Origin: Octopus sinensis
Taxonomy: Eukaryota
Direction of reading: 5' to 3'
Assembly: GCF_006345805.1 (NCBI RefSeq)
Contig: NC_043001.1
Span: forward strand, 8,184,001-8,248,000
Length of the DNA stretch: 64,000 nucleotides
This document shows, piece by piece, positions 25,766 to 40,223 of this stretch (position 1 is the stretch's first letter; every line of letters starts with the position of its first letter). A program made the position numbers and the translations under genes. The notes beneath the pieces were generated by a model that saw only the letters and a list, made by a program, of their open reading frames with translations, had not been told where the DNA came from and searched no databases.

Positions 25766-26400
25766 TGGGTGGATAGATAGATAGATACATACATACACAC
25801 ACACACATACATCCATCCATACATACATACATACATACATGCATATATACATACATACATACCTAGATGCTTGCTCACATATGTCAATAGAACTAAACAA
25901 AAACCATAATGCATAATCCTCTCATGCTTTCGTGTCATTGTATGGATGCGGTGTGTATGTGTGTGTCTGTGTGTGTGTCTGTGTGCACGATTCTATATCG
26001 AATCTTTATGTGAATATAGATAATAGACAATACAGATAATTGAATCGATTCAGTGAAATATGTGTTCACAACAGTTACTAAATAAAGATAACGCAGCGAT
26101 TCGAAAATGATGTGAAGACTGAAATAATAACGTGAAAATGTTTTTTGGAGTGTCGTCAAAGTTTCGCTTACCAGACAGTATTATTTCTATATGTGAACGA
26201 ATTTCATAAATGATTGAAGCAGAAGGTCGCTTCTACAGGTGAAAATCCAGGTGACAGTGATGAGGCAATGTTTTAGAAGTAGTTTAGTCAAAAAAGAAAT
26301 TTACTGTAAAAGTGAGTCTATCTCACCTATTTCTTGTAACTTGCATAACTATCATTTTCCGAAAAGGAAACCATCTGTTCATAGGTTCTGTCTAATGGAA

Positions 26401-26778
26401 GCACTCCGTCGGTTACGACGACGAGGGTTCCGGTTGATCCGATCAACGGAACAGCCTGCTCATGAAATTAACGTGTAAGTGGCTGAACATTCCACAGACA
26501 CGTGTACCCTCAACGTAGTTCTCGGGGATATTCAGCGTGACACAGAGAGTGACAAGGCCGGCCCTTTGAAATAAAAGTTCAACAGAAACAGGAATTAAGA
26601 GTGAGAGAAAGTTGTGGTGAAAGAGTACAACAGGGATCACCACCATCTCCTGCCGGAGCCTCGTGGAGCTTTAGGTGTTTTTGCTCAATAAATACTCACA
26701 ACGCCCGGGCTGGGAATCGAAACCGCGATCCTACGACCGCGAGTCCGCTGCCCTAACCACTGGGCCATTGCGCCTCCA
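26401..26778 (-). mobile_element. Full-length tRNA-derived SINE, family 1a
   Basis: Head TGGAGGCGCAATGGCCCAGTGGTTAGGGCAGCGG..GTTTCGATTCCC with A and B boxes; homologous over its full length to 39552-39938. Confidence 0.85.
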
Positions 26779-28089
26779 CTCTGTCTAATATACACGCGCA
26801 TAACAAAGAACTCACAACGGAACATAAATACATACGCACGAAAAAATGCATATACATACACGCATATAGATATCGCAGAAATCGGTTTAAGGTATTAATT
26901 ACGGTGTAAGGTGTTGATTAAGTTTTCGATCCCACTGCTCAGTCCGTGATGATATTCTGTTCAAAGATTGCTCTGGATTACACGCTTACCTTGGAGGCCG
27001 AAAGATGTCGTACTTAAGACAGTACGCATTTAGACGTAGCAGAAAAAAAAAATTCCATATAGGAGCTGGCAAAGTTGTGCAGTTAAGGTGTTTGCTAGTG
27101 TTGGGTTCTGTCACACTGAGTGGCAATGAAGACATATATATTTTACGGTAACCCCAGGGTGAATGAATTTTTTTCGTGAATCTGTTAGAAGGAAATTTGA
27201 GAAATTTATATATATATACATATATGAAAGAAAAAAGATGTTCAGAATGCTGGATGGTTGTACAAATATATATTTATTTACATATTACATATTTTTACTT
27301 CATATAAGCGCTTTCAACTACTCATGTAGTTTCATCAGAAATATATATATATATATAAATGTATGTATGTATATATATGCGTATGTCTTTTAATTTATGC
27401 AGTGCTTGTCTCCCGCCACCTATTCACAACCGTTCTTCATTTATCTACGTTCCATAACTTAGCGATTCGGCAAAAGAAACTCATGAGATAAGTCCCAGAA
27501 TTTTAAAGAAAACTATATAACGCGGGGGTGGCTTTGTTCGATTAATCCCTTCAAAACAGTGCCCGATTATGACAGCAGCTTAATGACTGAAACCAGTAAC
27601 ACGTAAAATATTTTAAAAGAAATGCACGAAAACAACAAATAATTACGAAATAAAGAACGAAAACCCAAACACATTTTAATGTTGAATGTCAAACCGCAAT
27701 GTGTCTTTTATTTGCAGGAATATATTATGAAGGAATGCAGATCCACCGCTGTATTCTCTCCGTGTAGTGGTTCTCAATATATTATATAATGCTTTCCTTT
27801 TATATTCACGGGTGCAATGCACTTACTGTACTCAGAACTCGTCCTCTTATTCCTATCGCCAATCACCATTCTACGTAATAATAACGGACAGAAAAGATGC
27901 TTGTTTAGATTAATCTATTTATAATATTTATTTATTTTTTATGTGTGTATATTTATAGGAAAGAACTTGAGATATTTGCTTTTAGTGCTGATAGTGTGAA
28001 GAATCATTGGAATGGTTAGCAATTTCTTTTGACAATCGACTGCATCAGTGCTTTGTGTGTTACAAATGAGAATAAACGTACATGTTTGT

Positions 28090-28690
28090 ACGTGAAGCAC
28101 AAACACACACACACACACATACACACACATACACATACACATACACACACAAGCAAACACATTACGTCGCAGCCTGTTTACATTCACACAAACACACACA
28201 TTTTTGCATATATATTTATATACACATATATGCGCGCGTGAGTTCGCGGTCGCGCGTGAGTTCGCGGTCGCGCGTGCCTGTATGTTTGGGTATTTGTAAG
28301 TGTGTATGTAGAACTATATATATCTATCTATCGATCTATATCTCTCTATATATGGAGAGAGAGAGAGAAAGAGAGATTTATTGCGTTAATTGGTATCTAT
28401 ATATATATGTGTGTATATATATGTGTATATATATATATAGATATGTATATATATATATATATATGTGTGTATATGTATATATATATATGTATGTATCCAT
28501 CTACCTAGTTATCTCACAATATAAGTCTGTACATATGTATGTATGTATATATGTATATGTATATATATATATACATAGATATATATAAATATGTATACGT
28601 ATACATATATATATATATACACACATATAGACATACACATACGTACATACACACACACACATATATATACATATATATATATATACATGT

Positions 28691-28767
<77 letters not shown>

Positions 28768-28790
28768 ATATATATACATATATAGAGAGA
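28090..28790. repeat. Compound (CA)n/(TA)n/(GA)n microsatellite field; similar fields at 12135-12290, 25550-25860, 30010-30345, 31760-32032, 42875-43050, 52930-53062, 57480-57710 and 59620-59820
   Basis: Direct reading. Confidence 0.95.
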
Positions 28791-28814
28791 GATTGAGAGA
28801 CATTATCTAGATTA

Positions 28815-29640
28815 TATTCTATAGAAGTTGGCCCAGGCCATGCCTAATGACCTGGAAACGATCCATAGTCAGCTCTTGGACAACATAGCCAATTTGAACA
28901 AAGAATTATTGTTTTCAGAGACGTATCCAAGTGTGGGTTGTTTATCTGGTATTGGTTGGAGGTAATCGTGTAGGGATCGTTTGAATGCACCATGATGAAA
29001 AGAGCAGGGCCAGGTGATGTGTAAAAGCTCAGCTCTAGTGTTGTGATACGATAGGAACATGATTTCTGAAGTGGACAGTTGGCACGGTGTCAAGCCGCGG
29101 ATGAATTTTAAAGATGTTACCTTTATCATTTGAGCAACGTTGATGGAATATCTTCCACAACATACAGATGATATAGTGTTCACGGCGGCGTTGGAGGAAT
29201 AAAGCTTGAGCTTTTTGGGTCGATCCCAAGAGTTAAGGGGTTTAATGTTTGTGTTTATTCTGTGGTTAGCTTCAAGTTTCATAATATTCTGTAGAGTGTG
29301 GATGGACAACAGTATTCAAGATAAGAGCGAGCAAAAGTAGAGAAAAGTAAATTAATGTTAGAGTCGTCTCTAGACCGGAAAGTGCTGAAGATTCAGGACC
29401 ACACCCAACGAGCCAGGTCAACTTAGCCCTTTATATGAGCACTCCAGCTTATATTCTTATCAACAGTAACACCCAGGTCTCTAGCAGTGTTGCATTCCAC
29501 GAGTGTTTCGCTCGAGGAAAGAGTGTATGTTTGTTGGAATGTAGTCTCGTTACCGAAGTGGACATAGGTTGTCTTTTCTTCTCGTTTAGCTGCATATTTT
29601 GTTTCTCTGCCCATTCGAGAACAGCTAACAGACCAGATAT
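28815..29640 (-). pseudogene. Decayed CR1-group LINE 3' fragment (older relative of LINE-A/B)
   Basis: EWAEK.NMQL, ARDLGVTVDKNISWSAHI, IFSTFRSR, RSYLEYCC, KLKLYS.QRRREHYII..LWKI and PIPD.P; the 3' end contains GGCATGGCC. Confidence 0.8.
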
Positions 29641-30120
29641 TCTTTTATTTTCTTACTTGTTTCAGTCATATGACGGGGGTCATGCTGATTCACCGCCTTT
29701 TAGTCGAAGAAATCGAACTTTGCACTTATCCTTTTTAAACCTGGTACATATTCTTTCGGTTACTTCTGTCGGACCGCTAGCTTACGAGAATGCAAACACA
29801 CCAGTATCGATCGGGTGACATACAGAGACTCAAAGACACACATAGATATATACACGACGGACATATTTGAATTTAAATTTAACAAATCCATTCAAACGGC
29901 ATTGGTCGGCCCGAGGCTAGAGTAGAAAACATTTTCCCAAGATGCCACGCAGTGAACAGAACCCGGAACCATGTGGTTGGGATGCGAAATTTTTACTACA
30001 CAGCCACGCCTGCACCTATATACATAGACAGACACACACACACACTTACACACACACATATATATATATATAATATATATATATATAGATATAGATATAC
30101 ATGCATACATACACACACAG

Positions 30121-30168
<48 letters not shown>

Positions 30169-30231
30169 GTATATATGCATATATATGTATATATATGTGT
30201 GTATATATAAGTATGTGTATATATATCTATA

Positions 30232-30338
<107 letters not shown>

Positions 30339-31776
30339 TATATCTGTTTTTGTGTCTCTGTGCTTTTTATTATGCGTGTTTATATATGCGTACGTATGTG
30401 TATATGACTATAAAAATATCGGCGTGTGTCTGAGTAGCAAGAGAGTTAAAAAAAACTTTGTTTATATCGTTTCACACAACATTCATAGTATTGTTTTAAG
30501 AAATGTTAGATATTTCTAAATCTATGAGATTACAAATAATTCTCATTTTCCTTTTTTTTTCTATAATGTCTAGAAATGTCATCTCAAATTTCATGACTAC
30601 AGAACTGTTTATGTGAACTGTTTCCCAGTAGTAAATTATTCATATCATTGTCTCAGCAATGTTAGTATTGGAGACGTTTTATTATTGCTAAATAATGTCG
30701 ATATGGTTTATGGCCGAAATATATAAACTCTGGAATTTCTGCACCGATTTTAGAGAAATTATCACTACAAAGTTTGCTTATAAGTGATTCTTTTATTTGC
30801 AATATTTCAAATTGCAGACACGTCAAGTTTAAAATGGCTATGTCTCATATGCTGTTTGAATAGAAAAACAAAATATTGTTATTTTTATGTGTGTGAGACA
30901 AATAATATGGAGCAGAGTTTATGGTTTGTAATACGCTGAATCCAATAAAAGGATTTCGATATTTATCGCTGCTACTTTGAGAATACATGTAAATATTCTG
31001 TGAAACTAGTGTAAATTGTTTTCAGACCATGATTGGCAGCTTTCCATTGAGAATTACCAACACATATTCCTATAATTTATTCTATACTCTATGCTAGAAA
31101 ACTATAGGTATATAAAAACTTGAAAATATTACAAAATTTAAGCCAATGAGCTTTCTTTTTACAAATATCATTTATAACTATGATAATAATCATGATATTT
31201 AAAGATGATCAGCCGATAACACTTCGTGCCCGCTCATGTGATACAAGCAGAGTTGTTGTTGTTATTGGTTTTAGCATAAAATGAATCGTGAGCAACTGGA
31301 CATCTGACCGGAGGTAATTCAGTATTGAACCAATCATTTTCCTGCCGCATGTGAATTTCATCTGGTAACCTATTATAAATAGTAAACTGCTCTCAGTCCT
31401 TCCGATAAGTGAATAACATTATCAGAAGTGTTGTTCCCTGTAGTAACGTTATTGATACACAATTTGGTAGGTTTTGTTTTATTTCTATGCTGGGCTTACG
31501 ACTACACAGAACGTCCATTGTTTAAAGTCACTAGTTATTACTTACGTTACTTCAGGCAACCTGACCTGATACTAACGTTAAAACATCAATCATGTGTCCT
31601 AAGATCTATGACGGTTAACGTTCATATTCTGTGAATTTTGTGTCAATAAAATAGCTACGAATAACACCAATAAGCGCCATCCACTCAGTGTAAAACCATT
31701 ATATTGGTAAAGCAAAATCAATAGGTATTCAGTTGAGCATACACGCAATATATTCGTATATATGTACATATATATG

Positions 31777-31870
<94 letters not shown>

Positions 31871-31871
31871 G

Positions 31872-31922
<51 letters not shown>

Positions 31923-31959
31923 GTATAAATATATATATATATATGTATATATATACAAA

Positions 31960-32012
<53 letters not shown>

Positions 32013-33509
32013 GTATGTATATATATATATATATTAGGTATTGACCTATAGTAAATAGTCTTTCAAGTATTAGTATCATAGTGTTTCTTTCTTCTCTATA
32101 TAGTGTAGGGTTTGTGTTTGATGTCGCTCGAACAACAATATACTTATGCCATCGGTGCTGTCTCAGTCAATACGAACTTCCAATACTAGTGCTGTCAGGT
32201 TCATTTACCTTCCACTTCCTGTGTTTACATCCTATTGATTATCCATTATTACAGTCGTATTCATAGCTGATTTCTTTTTAGACATATATCTATATTTCTT
32301 TTCCTTTCACGTCTGATGCGATAGACACCGATTCCAATTTGTGATTGTTTTATTTCAGTGTGAAAGTAATATTTTTTCCCCATTTTATAAAAATACACTG
32401 GAAACAATTTTCCATAGGTGTTTTGACAAACTGGCCAAGTTTAAGGACAAGTACCAAACATTGACTATTGACTATGATAAAATATTATCTGAATCAAATA
32501 ACCATCACCTAGAAATAGATGTTTGTTTGCTGTTCACTTTTACGATTCATAAGCAGACATATGCAATAATAATTTAACGAAGATGGGCGACATTAGAATT
32601 TATTGCTAAAAATCGTTTTCAATAAACTAACATTATTTCAGAGTTACATTTTATTTTCTACACAATATTTGATTTCCACGATATAAAGATTAATTTCAAA
32701 CAAATTCCCTTCATTACACTATTTTCCTATTTGATTCTGCACTTTGCCTTCGGCTGGGCTGAGCAAAGCCTTTGAAGAGACTACGTAGTTGTGGTGACAA
32801 CACATATGCTACTAATGAGACACATGCAGCTGAGCAATGAATTCTAGCATTGACGATAATAAAGACAGCTGAACAATAAAGTTCGTTCGCAATGATATTA
32901 TATTAAACAGTTATATTACAATACGATTTATTAAATAGGTGCTGCGTCATATACAATTTTTCACAATGAACAGATGTCATAAACGAATAACATTTCTTTG
33001 ATTCAAGTCACAATGAGAAAAGAATAAAATATATTCACTAGTACAAATTCATACATATGTGTGTGTGTGTAAATATAGTTGTGTCGGTCTTTGTGTAAGA
33101 ATTTAGTTAGAAAGAAAATAAAAGAAGCTTCGGGAAATCTCGACATTGAAGTGAGACACGTTTCCAGGTACAGTAGTAGTAGTACCAATATTAGGACTTC
33201 CAGGTTCTTTTGTTTTTTTTTTTTTAATTATAAGTCATAACTGTACGTCATTATTAATGAAAATATGCAATCTGAAATTCGGAAATACTATAGATTGTAA
33301 AGTTATATAACGTTATATGAAAAAGTACACGTCTGATTTATCAAGAGCGGATATCTTCACTTAGCTGTGTTCACATGTCTGCACATTCGTCAGAAATATT
33401 AGGTACAGTTACCCCTACATGGTGTCTTGATATTCAATATTGAAATAATATTGAGGATTATACCGAACTAGCAAGGTGTATCAAATTAAGTACCTAATTC
33501 AGCAGAAAC

Positions 33510-33555
<46 letters not shown>

Positions 33556-33626
33556 CCTTAAATCCTTAAAATGTTTTAGCCCGAAGGCCGCGGCCATGCT
33601 GGGGCACCACCACTGAATGAGCTACA

Positions 33627-36600
33627 CTAGTTTGTGAATCCACATCTGATACGTGGCACTTGATCAACAAGGGAGTTCGATGCTGCTGCCCGCATCCGTG
33701 TCTCCTGTCGTGAGGTAGGTTCATCTGGGACTCCCAACAAGAAGAGATCCAGTTTAGTTTTAAAGAAACCCACATCCACACCATGTAAGTCTCTCAGGCA
33801 TTTAGGGAGGATGTTAAAGAGCTGTGGTCCTCTGAAACCCAAGCTGTTGCAGTATCTGGACCTGTATTTTGATGGTGATGTTGGAATCCTTGGCACCACG
33901 CAGCGGCGCCCCGTTCTGCGGTTGGAGTAACTTTGAATGCCAAAGTTTGGGACAAGACCCTCCAGGATTTTCCAGATGTATATCACTGCATATCTCTCCC
34001 GCCTCCGCTCCAGGGAGAAGAGGTTTAATACCTTCAGTCTTTCCCAGTAGCTGACATTTTGCATTGAGACGATTTTCTTTGTGTAGCTTCTCTGAGTTGC
34101 TTCGAGTTCTGCTGTTTGTATAATATTGTGTGGTGACCAAAGTTGGGAGCAGTAGTCCAAGCGGCTGAGGACAAATGCTTTCCATAGGACCATCAGTGTC
34201 TCCTTCTCTCTTGTTCTGAAAGTTCGGAGAATCCATCCAGCTAGCCGTCTGCATTTTATCACCAGATTAGCAATATGCATTTGGAAAGATGCATCATTGC
34301 TCATGTCAATGCCCAGGTCACGCACTGATTTTGACTCAGGGATTGCAATTCTTCCTGGGCCAGTGTATCCAGTCTTCACGTCATTTACCTTTGTGTGCCA
34401 GTAGCGCAGGGCCTGGAACTTACCTGCATTAAACTGCATGTTGTTGTCCTCAGCCCACCTGTATATTGTGTCCAGCTCATGTTGCAGATGCACAATATTT
34501 TCAGGGTTTTGTATTGCGTGGGAGACTTTTGTGTCATCTGCATAGCTAGCAAGGGTGGTCATCGTAGCAACTGAAGGCATGTCTGAAAGGGCCACTATGA
34601 ACATCAGTGGCCCCAAGACAGTGCCCTGTGGGACACCGCTTGTTATTTGCGTTTCCCTGGAGGTGGCTCCATTGCTCACAACTGCCTGTTTTCTGTCTTT
34701 TAGGAAGTTGTGCAGCCACTCTCCAAGTTTCCCGCCTATGCCGAGACCACGCAGTTTGTGACAGATCATACCATGGTCGACTTTATCAAAGGCTTTTGCA
34801 AAGTCAAGATATATTACATCCACATTTGAGACATTTAGTAGCTGTTTCAACACCCAGTCATAGTGTTGCAGGAGCTGTGTTAGGCAGCCTCTACCTGGTC
34901 GAAATCCATGCTGGGTGTCAGACAGTAAGTCATTTTCTTCAAGGAACATGATTAGTTTCTTACGGACTATTCGTTCCATGACTTTGCTGATGTGTGAGGT
35001 CAGAGAGATAGGCCTATAATTTTTAGCATCTGCTCTGCTACCTCCCTTATGGATAGGGCATATTACCCCCTCTTTCAGTTTGACTGGGAGCTTACCACTT
35101 GCAAGAAAGCTCTGAAAAAGAAGCTGTAGCGGTTTTGCAAGGGCTCGTTTGCACGATTTGAGAAGGATCGCTGGGAATCCATCAGGTCCAGCAGCTGAGT
35201 TTGTGTCAATCTCATCAATGGCTAGTGTGATATCATCTTCTTCGATGTTGATGTACTCAATTTTTGTCTCTTTGGCCGCTGGTAAAGTGGCAAAGAATTC
35301 TTCTGGGTTGTTTACTTGCCTGTGTCCTAGAGGTGTAGTGAACACACTTTGGAACTGTTCGTTCAGTATTTCACTTATCCTCGTGGGATTTCCTGTGAGA
35401 GAGCCATCTTTTTGGAAGAGAGGTCCTATTCTCTGGTGCACTGTGGCTGTCTCTTTGGCAAACTTAAAGAAAGTTTTAGGGTTTGATTTTATATTTTCTA
35501 TTACCCAAGCTTCTTTATCTGCTCTCTCCTTTTCATGGGACTGATGTAGACTTTTCTCAGTTTCCATTAGCATTCTTTCGAGCCGACACTTCTCACCACT
35601 TTTGGTGTGCTTGCTCAGGCGGTTTGCAATCCTTGTCCGTCGTCTCATAAGAATCCTCCTTTCTCTAGGGATCCTGTTTTTGTTCTTGTGTATGCTGGCC
35701 CTGCACATTGGGACATATTTGTCACATATGGCTTATTATGGACATGAAGTGTTTGTGTTTCATGTTTATGTCCGGTGTGGAGAGACATTCAGGCCAATCC
35801 TGTTTGAGGATCTCTTTCTCAATCGACTTCCAGTGGCTTTATGAAAGTTTAAGTTGGAGAGATGGTGGGTGCTTCGTATAGGCTGTGTGTCTGCGGGGGC
35901 TTTTGTTCCATACATAGACAGCTCTATTATGTTGTTATCCGAGATCATTGTCGGCATCACATTAACATTATGGATAATATCCATATTGTTTGTGAAGCAG
36001 AGATCCAGTATATTATCTGCCCTTGTTGGTTGCAGAACTATTTGCTCCATGAAAGAGGTATTTGTGAGATGGAGCAGGGACTCCACCTGTGCCTGCTGAT
36101 GGTGTGTCATCCCTGGGAGCATCTGCCCCCCAGGCCATTCCACATTGGGGAGGTTAAAGTCACCCATGAAGAATACACTGTTGTGCTGTTCAAGGTGGTG
36201 AGGACTTCTCCTATTTTTGTTAGGCAGTCTTCAAACATGCCTGAGTGTTTTGGGGCGTCTGGTGGGCGATATGTAGTGCATATGACGATATTCAGTTGTC
36301 TTATGTGTACAATTTGAGTTTCACATACTGAGTTTGAATATGACAGCAGGACCTGGGGCGTGAGGTCATCTCGGATGTACATTGCCACTCCACCATGGCT
36401 CCTCCCTTTTTGTGCTATCTGTGATGACATATTGCGGCATGTGTATTTCTGCATCACCTATATCGGGTTCAAGATGCGTTTCTGTGAGTGCCATGCATAT
36501 AGCTTGATTGCATGTCACAAGGTCTCTCAGGAATGAAATTTTCTTTTTACAGTTTCCGCGCAGCAGCCCTCCTACATTCAGTAGAAATATTTTTGTGGTG

Positions 36601-36638
36601 TGTGTTGGTTGTTGGTGTCTGTGGTGGCCATCCTGCAT
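33627..36638 (-). pseudogene. LINE-B ORF2 (APE+RT); RT half open for 693 aa (33627-35708), APE half broken by several frameshifts
   Basis: IFLLNVGGL, ALTETHL, YRPP, GDFN, GPDG, QHGFR, LDFAKAFD, GVPQGTVLGP and YADD are distributed over track ORFs 36366..36638, 36107..36457, 35766..36167 and 33627..35708. Confidence 0.92.
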
Positions 36639-37468
36639 CTGTTGGAGGTGGCCTTATGTGGTGGTAGTTCCAGCTTTGTGCTTGTAGCCAGGTCAGCTGC
36701 TGAACAATTTTTTGTGCCATGGACAAAAAGACTGCTGTTCAGCTGCCGCCCTTCTCACATCTGGGTGAAGCTGGCCACCTGTTGGGTTTCCGCGCACCAC
36801 ATCTGCATACCGTCTTCAGTAGTGGTCAGTGCGCTTTTTTCCCTTCTTTTAACTTTTTGTTTTTGTTCTCCCTGAGGGAGGGACCTCTGTCTCGCGTCGT
36901 GCGGTTTTGGTAGGGCCTCCGATGTGCAAAGCGACAGTTTGCACCTTCAACGCCGTACCAGCAGTCCCCCCTCAGGTAGAATTTGCAGGTGTTTCTTTCC
37001 TGCCCTTACAGTTTTTGCTGGGGTCCCTCTGCTTTCTCTGGACAGGCTTCCTTTAGCCTTGATTCTGTCACCCTTTACCTCCTGCTTCCCATCAATTCCA
37101 GGGTGCCTTTCCTTTCTTGCGGCCATCGCACCTCTTTGGTCTTCAGTTGTGGTGTTGGAAGCTGGACATGTGTCATCGTTTCCCTGTGTTCCAGGCTTCT
37201 CCATTTGGCTCTGGATGCTTTCCTCATCCTTTTGGCCCTCTCCGCTGCCGTCACCTCCCAGGATGATGTCCAGGGTGTCCACATGTTGCCTGATTAGAGC
37301 GTACGAACGGATAACTTCTCTCTTCTTTCGCTCTATCTGGGCGGTGGTCCTCGAAAAATTGTTGCTTTTCAGCGCCGCAGCAATAATGTCGTTCGGCGAG
37401 TCGTCCTCAGCGATCCTCCAAGCGCGGACGAACAATTGCACCTCTCTCGCAGACCAGTTTCTTGCCAT
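36578..37468 (-). pseudogene. LINE-B ORF1 (Myb/SANT-like + CCCH), frameshifted
   Basis: Starts MARNWSAREVQLFVRAW...IIAAALKSNNFSRTTAQIERKK. In other frames: CKFYLRGDCWYGVEGANCRFAH (36987-36922), RRYADVVR and MAQKIVQQLTWL, all matching LINE-A ORF1. Stop TGA at 36580-36578. Confidence 0.85.
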
Positions 37469-39551
37469 TTTCTTCTAGTGAAATATAGGAACAGAGAGAG
37501 AGATAGAGAAGGAGAGATATGGAGAGGGAGAAGAGAAAGGAGAAAAGCCAGGGGGGGATAGAGAGAGAGAGACGAGGGGATTGTCCTGAGAGAAGAGAGA
37601 AAGAGAGAAAATAAGAGGGAAAAAAGAGAAAGGTGAAAGAATGGCAGGTCAGCAGGGGGAGAGTGAGCGGGATAGAGGTGTAGTAGAAAGGGACAGGGTG
37701 GAAAAGTGAGACAAGAGGGTGGACCCTAGGGGGAGCAGGGAGAAGAAAGGCGGAGAGATAAAATGGAGAGGAAGAGAGAGATGAAATGGAGAGGGAGAGA
37801 GAGAGAGGGCAGGATAGAGGTACCAGGGAGTGAAGTAAAGGGACAGAGAGGGTGGTGTGGAGGAAGGAGACAGAGAGAGGAAAAAGAGACAGGGGGTAGT
37901 GAGCCTTAGAGGGAACAGGGAGAGGAAAGGTAGGAAGAAAAAGGGGGGAAGAGGAAGAGAGGGGGCGCAACAGAGTGTAGTAAAGGGACAGGGAGCGTGG
38001 TGTAGAGAAAGAAATAAGGGGACAGAAGGGGAAGAGAGGAAAGGGGTTTGACCTGTGAAGAAGCGGAGAGGAAAGAGGCAGAGAGAGGGAGGGGGAGTAA
38101 CAGAGAGAGAGAGAGAAAGAGGGCGGTATATAGATACAAGAGAGAATGAGTGAAGTTGAGGAACTGAGAGAGGGGGTGAGGTGAGAGAAAGTTGATCTGA
38201 GAGAGATGCAGAAAGAGAAACGATTGCAGAGGAGAGAGAGGGAGGAGGGGAGAGTGAGAGCGGAAATAGAGGGTCTGGTGGAATGGGAGACAGATAAGTA
38301 TAAACTGTATGAGAGAGATAGAAATAGAATTTAAGAAAGAGAGGGAGAGATTATAAAGATAGAATAGCGCGTATTTTTATATCTTTTTAATTATTATTTT
38401 CTGTTTGAAAGAACACTAATGATAACAAATAATAAAAATGTATGAGAGAGATAGAAATAGAAATGTAAAAAAGAGAAAGAGAGAGTGCGTGGCAGGCACG
38501 GAGGACGAAATTATAAAGATTATAAAGATAGAATACCGCGTATTTTTATATTTTTATATTTTTTTTTTTTTTTTTTAATTATTTTCTGTTTGAAAGAACA
38601 CTAATGATAACAAAATAAATAATATCTTACCTTACCGGCTGAGAGAGTACTTACGTGATTCCTTTTTATAAGAAAGGAAGATAGATAGACAGACAGACCT
38701 TTTATATTCCTCCCCAAGCGCACTTTGTAAACAAAAGGGGTTTGAGTTTCGATTTAGCACATGCAACAGTTTCACGATACTTTCTGTATCTTCCTAAGCG
38801 ATTGGTATTAAGCAGCAATTTTTCAGATGCTTTTTTCAGAACACGCAGATATACATCAAAAACGAAAAATCCTTCTCAAAATACTGTGTCTTGTTGATTC
38901 ACAGACGAAGAATAAAATTCACTTCGATTTCGGGAAGTAACACACGTGCGTTTTAACACGTGTATTCGCGAGTATGTTCTAGTTGCAAATACTACATCAA
39001 AAGCGAAAATATTCTTCTCAAATACAGTGACTTGTTGTACTATCACTTATATTCGCTTTGCAGACAATTTCGCTTCTGATAACATCGATCTCTGGAAGGA
39101 CTTCTTTAATATTTAGGAGAGACACGTTAACACACTTGTTGTTAGTTCAGCGCCATCTTATATATATATATTGGCCTGCTCGCTATATATATGTATATAT
39201 AGTATATATATATATATTATATATATATATATATTTATATATTATGTGTCTGTGAATATATATATATATATCTATTACTGTGTGTGTGTAATAAGTAAGT
39301 CTCTCTCAATGTGTAAATAAGAGAGTTTATTTGCTATCTTCCATTGTAACGTTAGCCGTGTCCGCTGATCTGATTTAGCCACCAAAATATTTACTACATA
39401 ATCAATTAATTTTATGTCCCTTTGTCCGAAATTGCTAGGAGTGTCTTTATATGTTTTCTAACATAACTGCTTTGAATCTTTGTGTAATAATAAAATATAA
39501 ATGCAGCAAAATAATTTTTGATGCATCAGACGTTATTTATTGATAATGAGG

Positions 39552-39938
39552 GGAGGCGCAATGGCCCAATGGTTAGGGCAACGGAATCGCAGCCAAAGGA
39601 TCGATGTTCCTATTCCCAAATAGTGAGTGCTTATTAAGTTGTGAGTGCCTATTAAGCGAAAACACTTAAAGCTCCACGACGCTCCGGCAGGGGTCGGTGC
39701 CGAACTCTGCTGTACTCTTTCACCACAACTTTGTCTCAATCTTTCTTCCTGATTCTGTTGTACCTGTATTTCAAAGTGCCAGCCTTGTCACACTCTGTGT
39801 CACGCCGAATCTCCCCGAGAACTAGGTTCAGTATACACATGTCTGTGAAGTGCTCGGTCACTTAAAAGTAATTTTCCGATCAGTATGTTCTGTTGACTAG
39901 ATCAACTATTACCCTCCTCATCGTAACCAACGGAGACC
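39552..39938 (+). mobile_element. Full-length tRNA-derived SINE, family 1a (more diverged)
   Basis: Collinear with the reverse complement of 26401-26778. Confidence 0.85.
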
Positions 39939-40223
39939 CGTAGTATTCACATGGAAGTAGATATTTCAATTAAAATTTTGAAATTCTACGTCTCACTTAT
40001 ATGAGTACGGAATCCCATTTAAGCCAAAGAAAATTGACTATCGACATTTTTGAATCAGATTAAAAGAATCAAAGAACTAAAGAATATACAAGAATCTTGG
40101 TGTTTCTTCCAGCAAGTTTAAAGTTATGGTAAGGCACATGTATCTGCTTGTAAATGAATGAGGTAGTTCTTAATATATATGAAGAATTTTTGCGATGTAT
40201 GACCAACAGCCACATTTTTAATC

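Larger units (their letters stand above)
33551..38630 (-). mobile_element. Full-length-like CR1-group LINE (LINE-B), sister family of LINE-A, with (TTTAAGGA) tail
   Basis: ORF1 and ORF2 are homologous to LINE-A. The tail TTTTAAGGATTTAAGGATTTA (sense) abuts (TA)n at 33551. The 5' region is a long pyrimidine-rich (sense) tract plus an AT-rich tandem duplication. The 5' limit is approximate. Confidence 0.9.
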
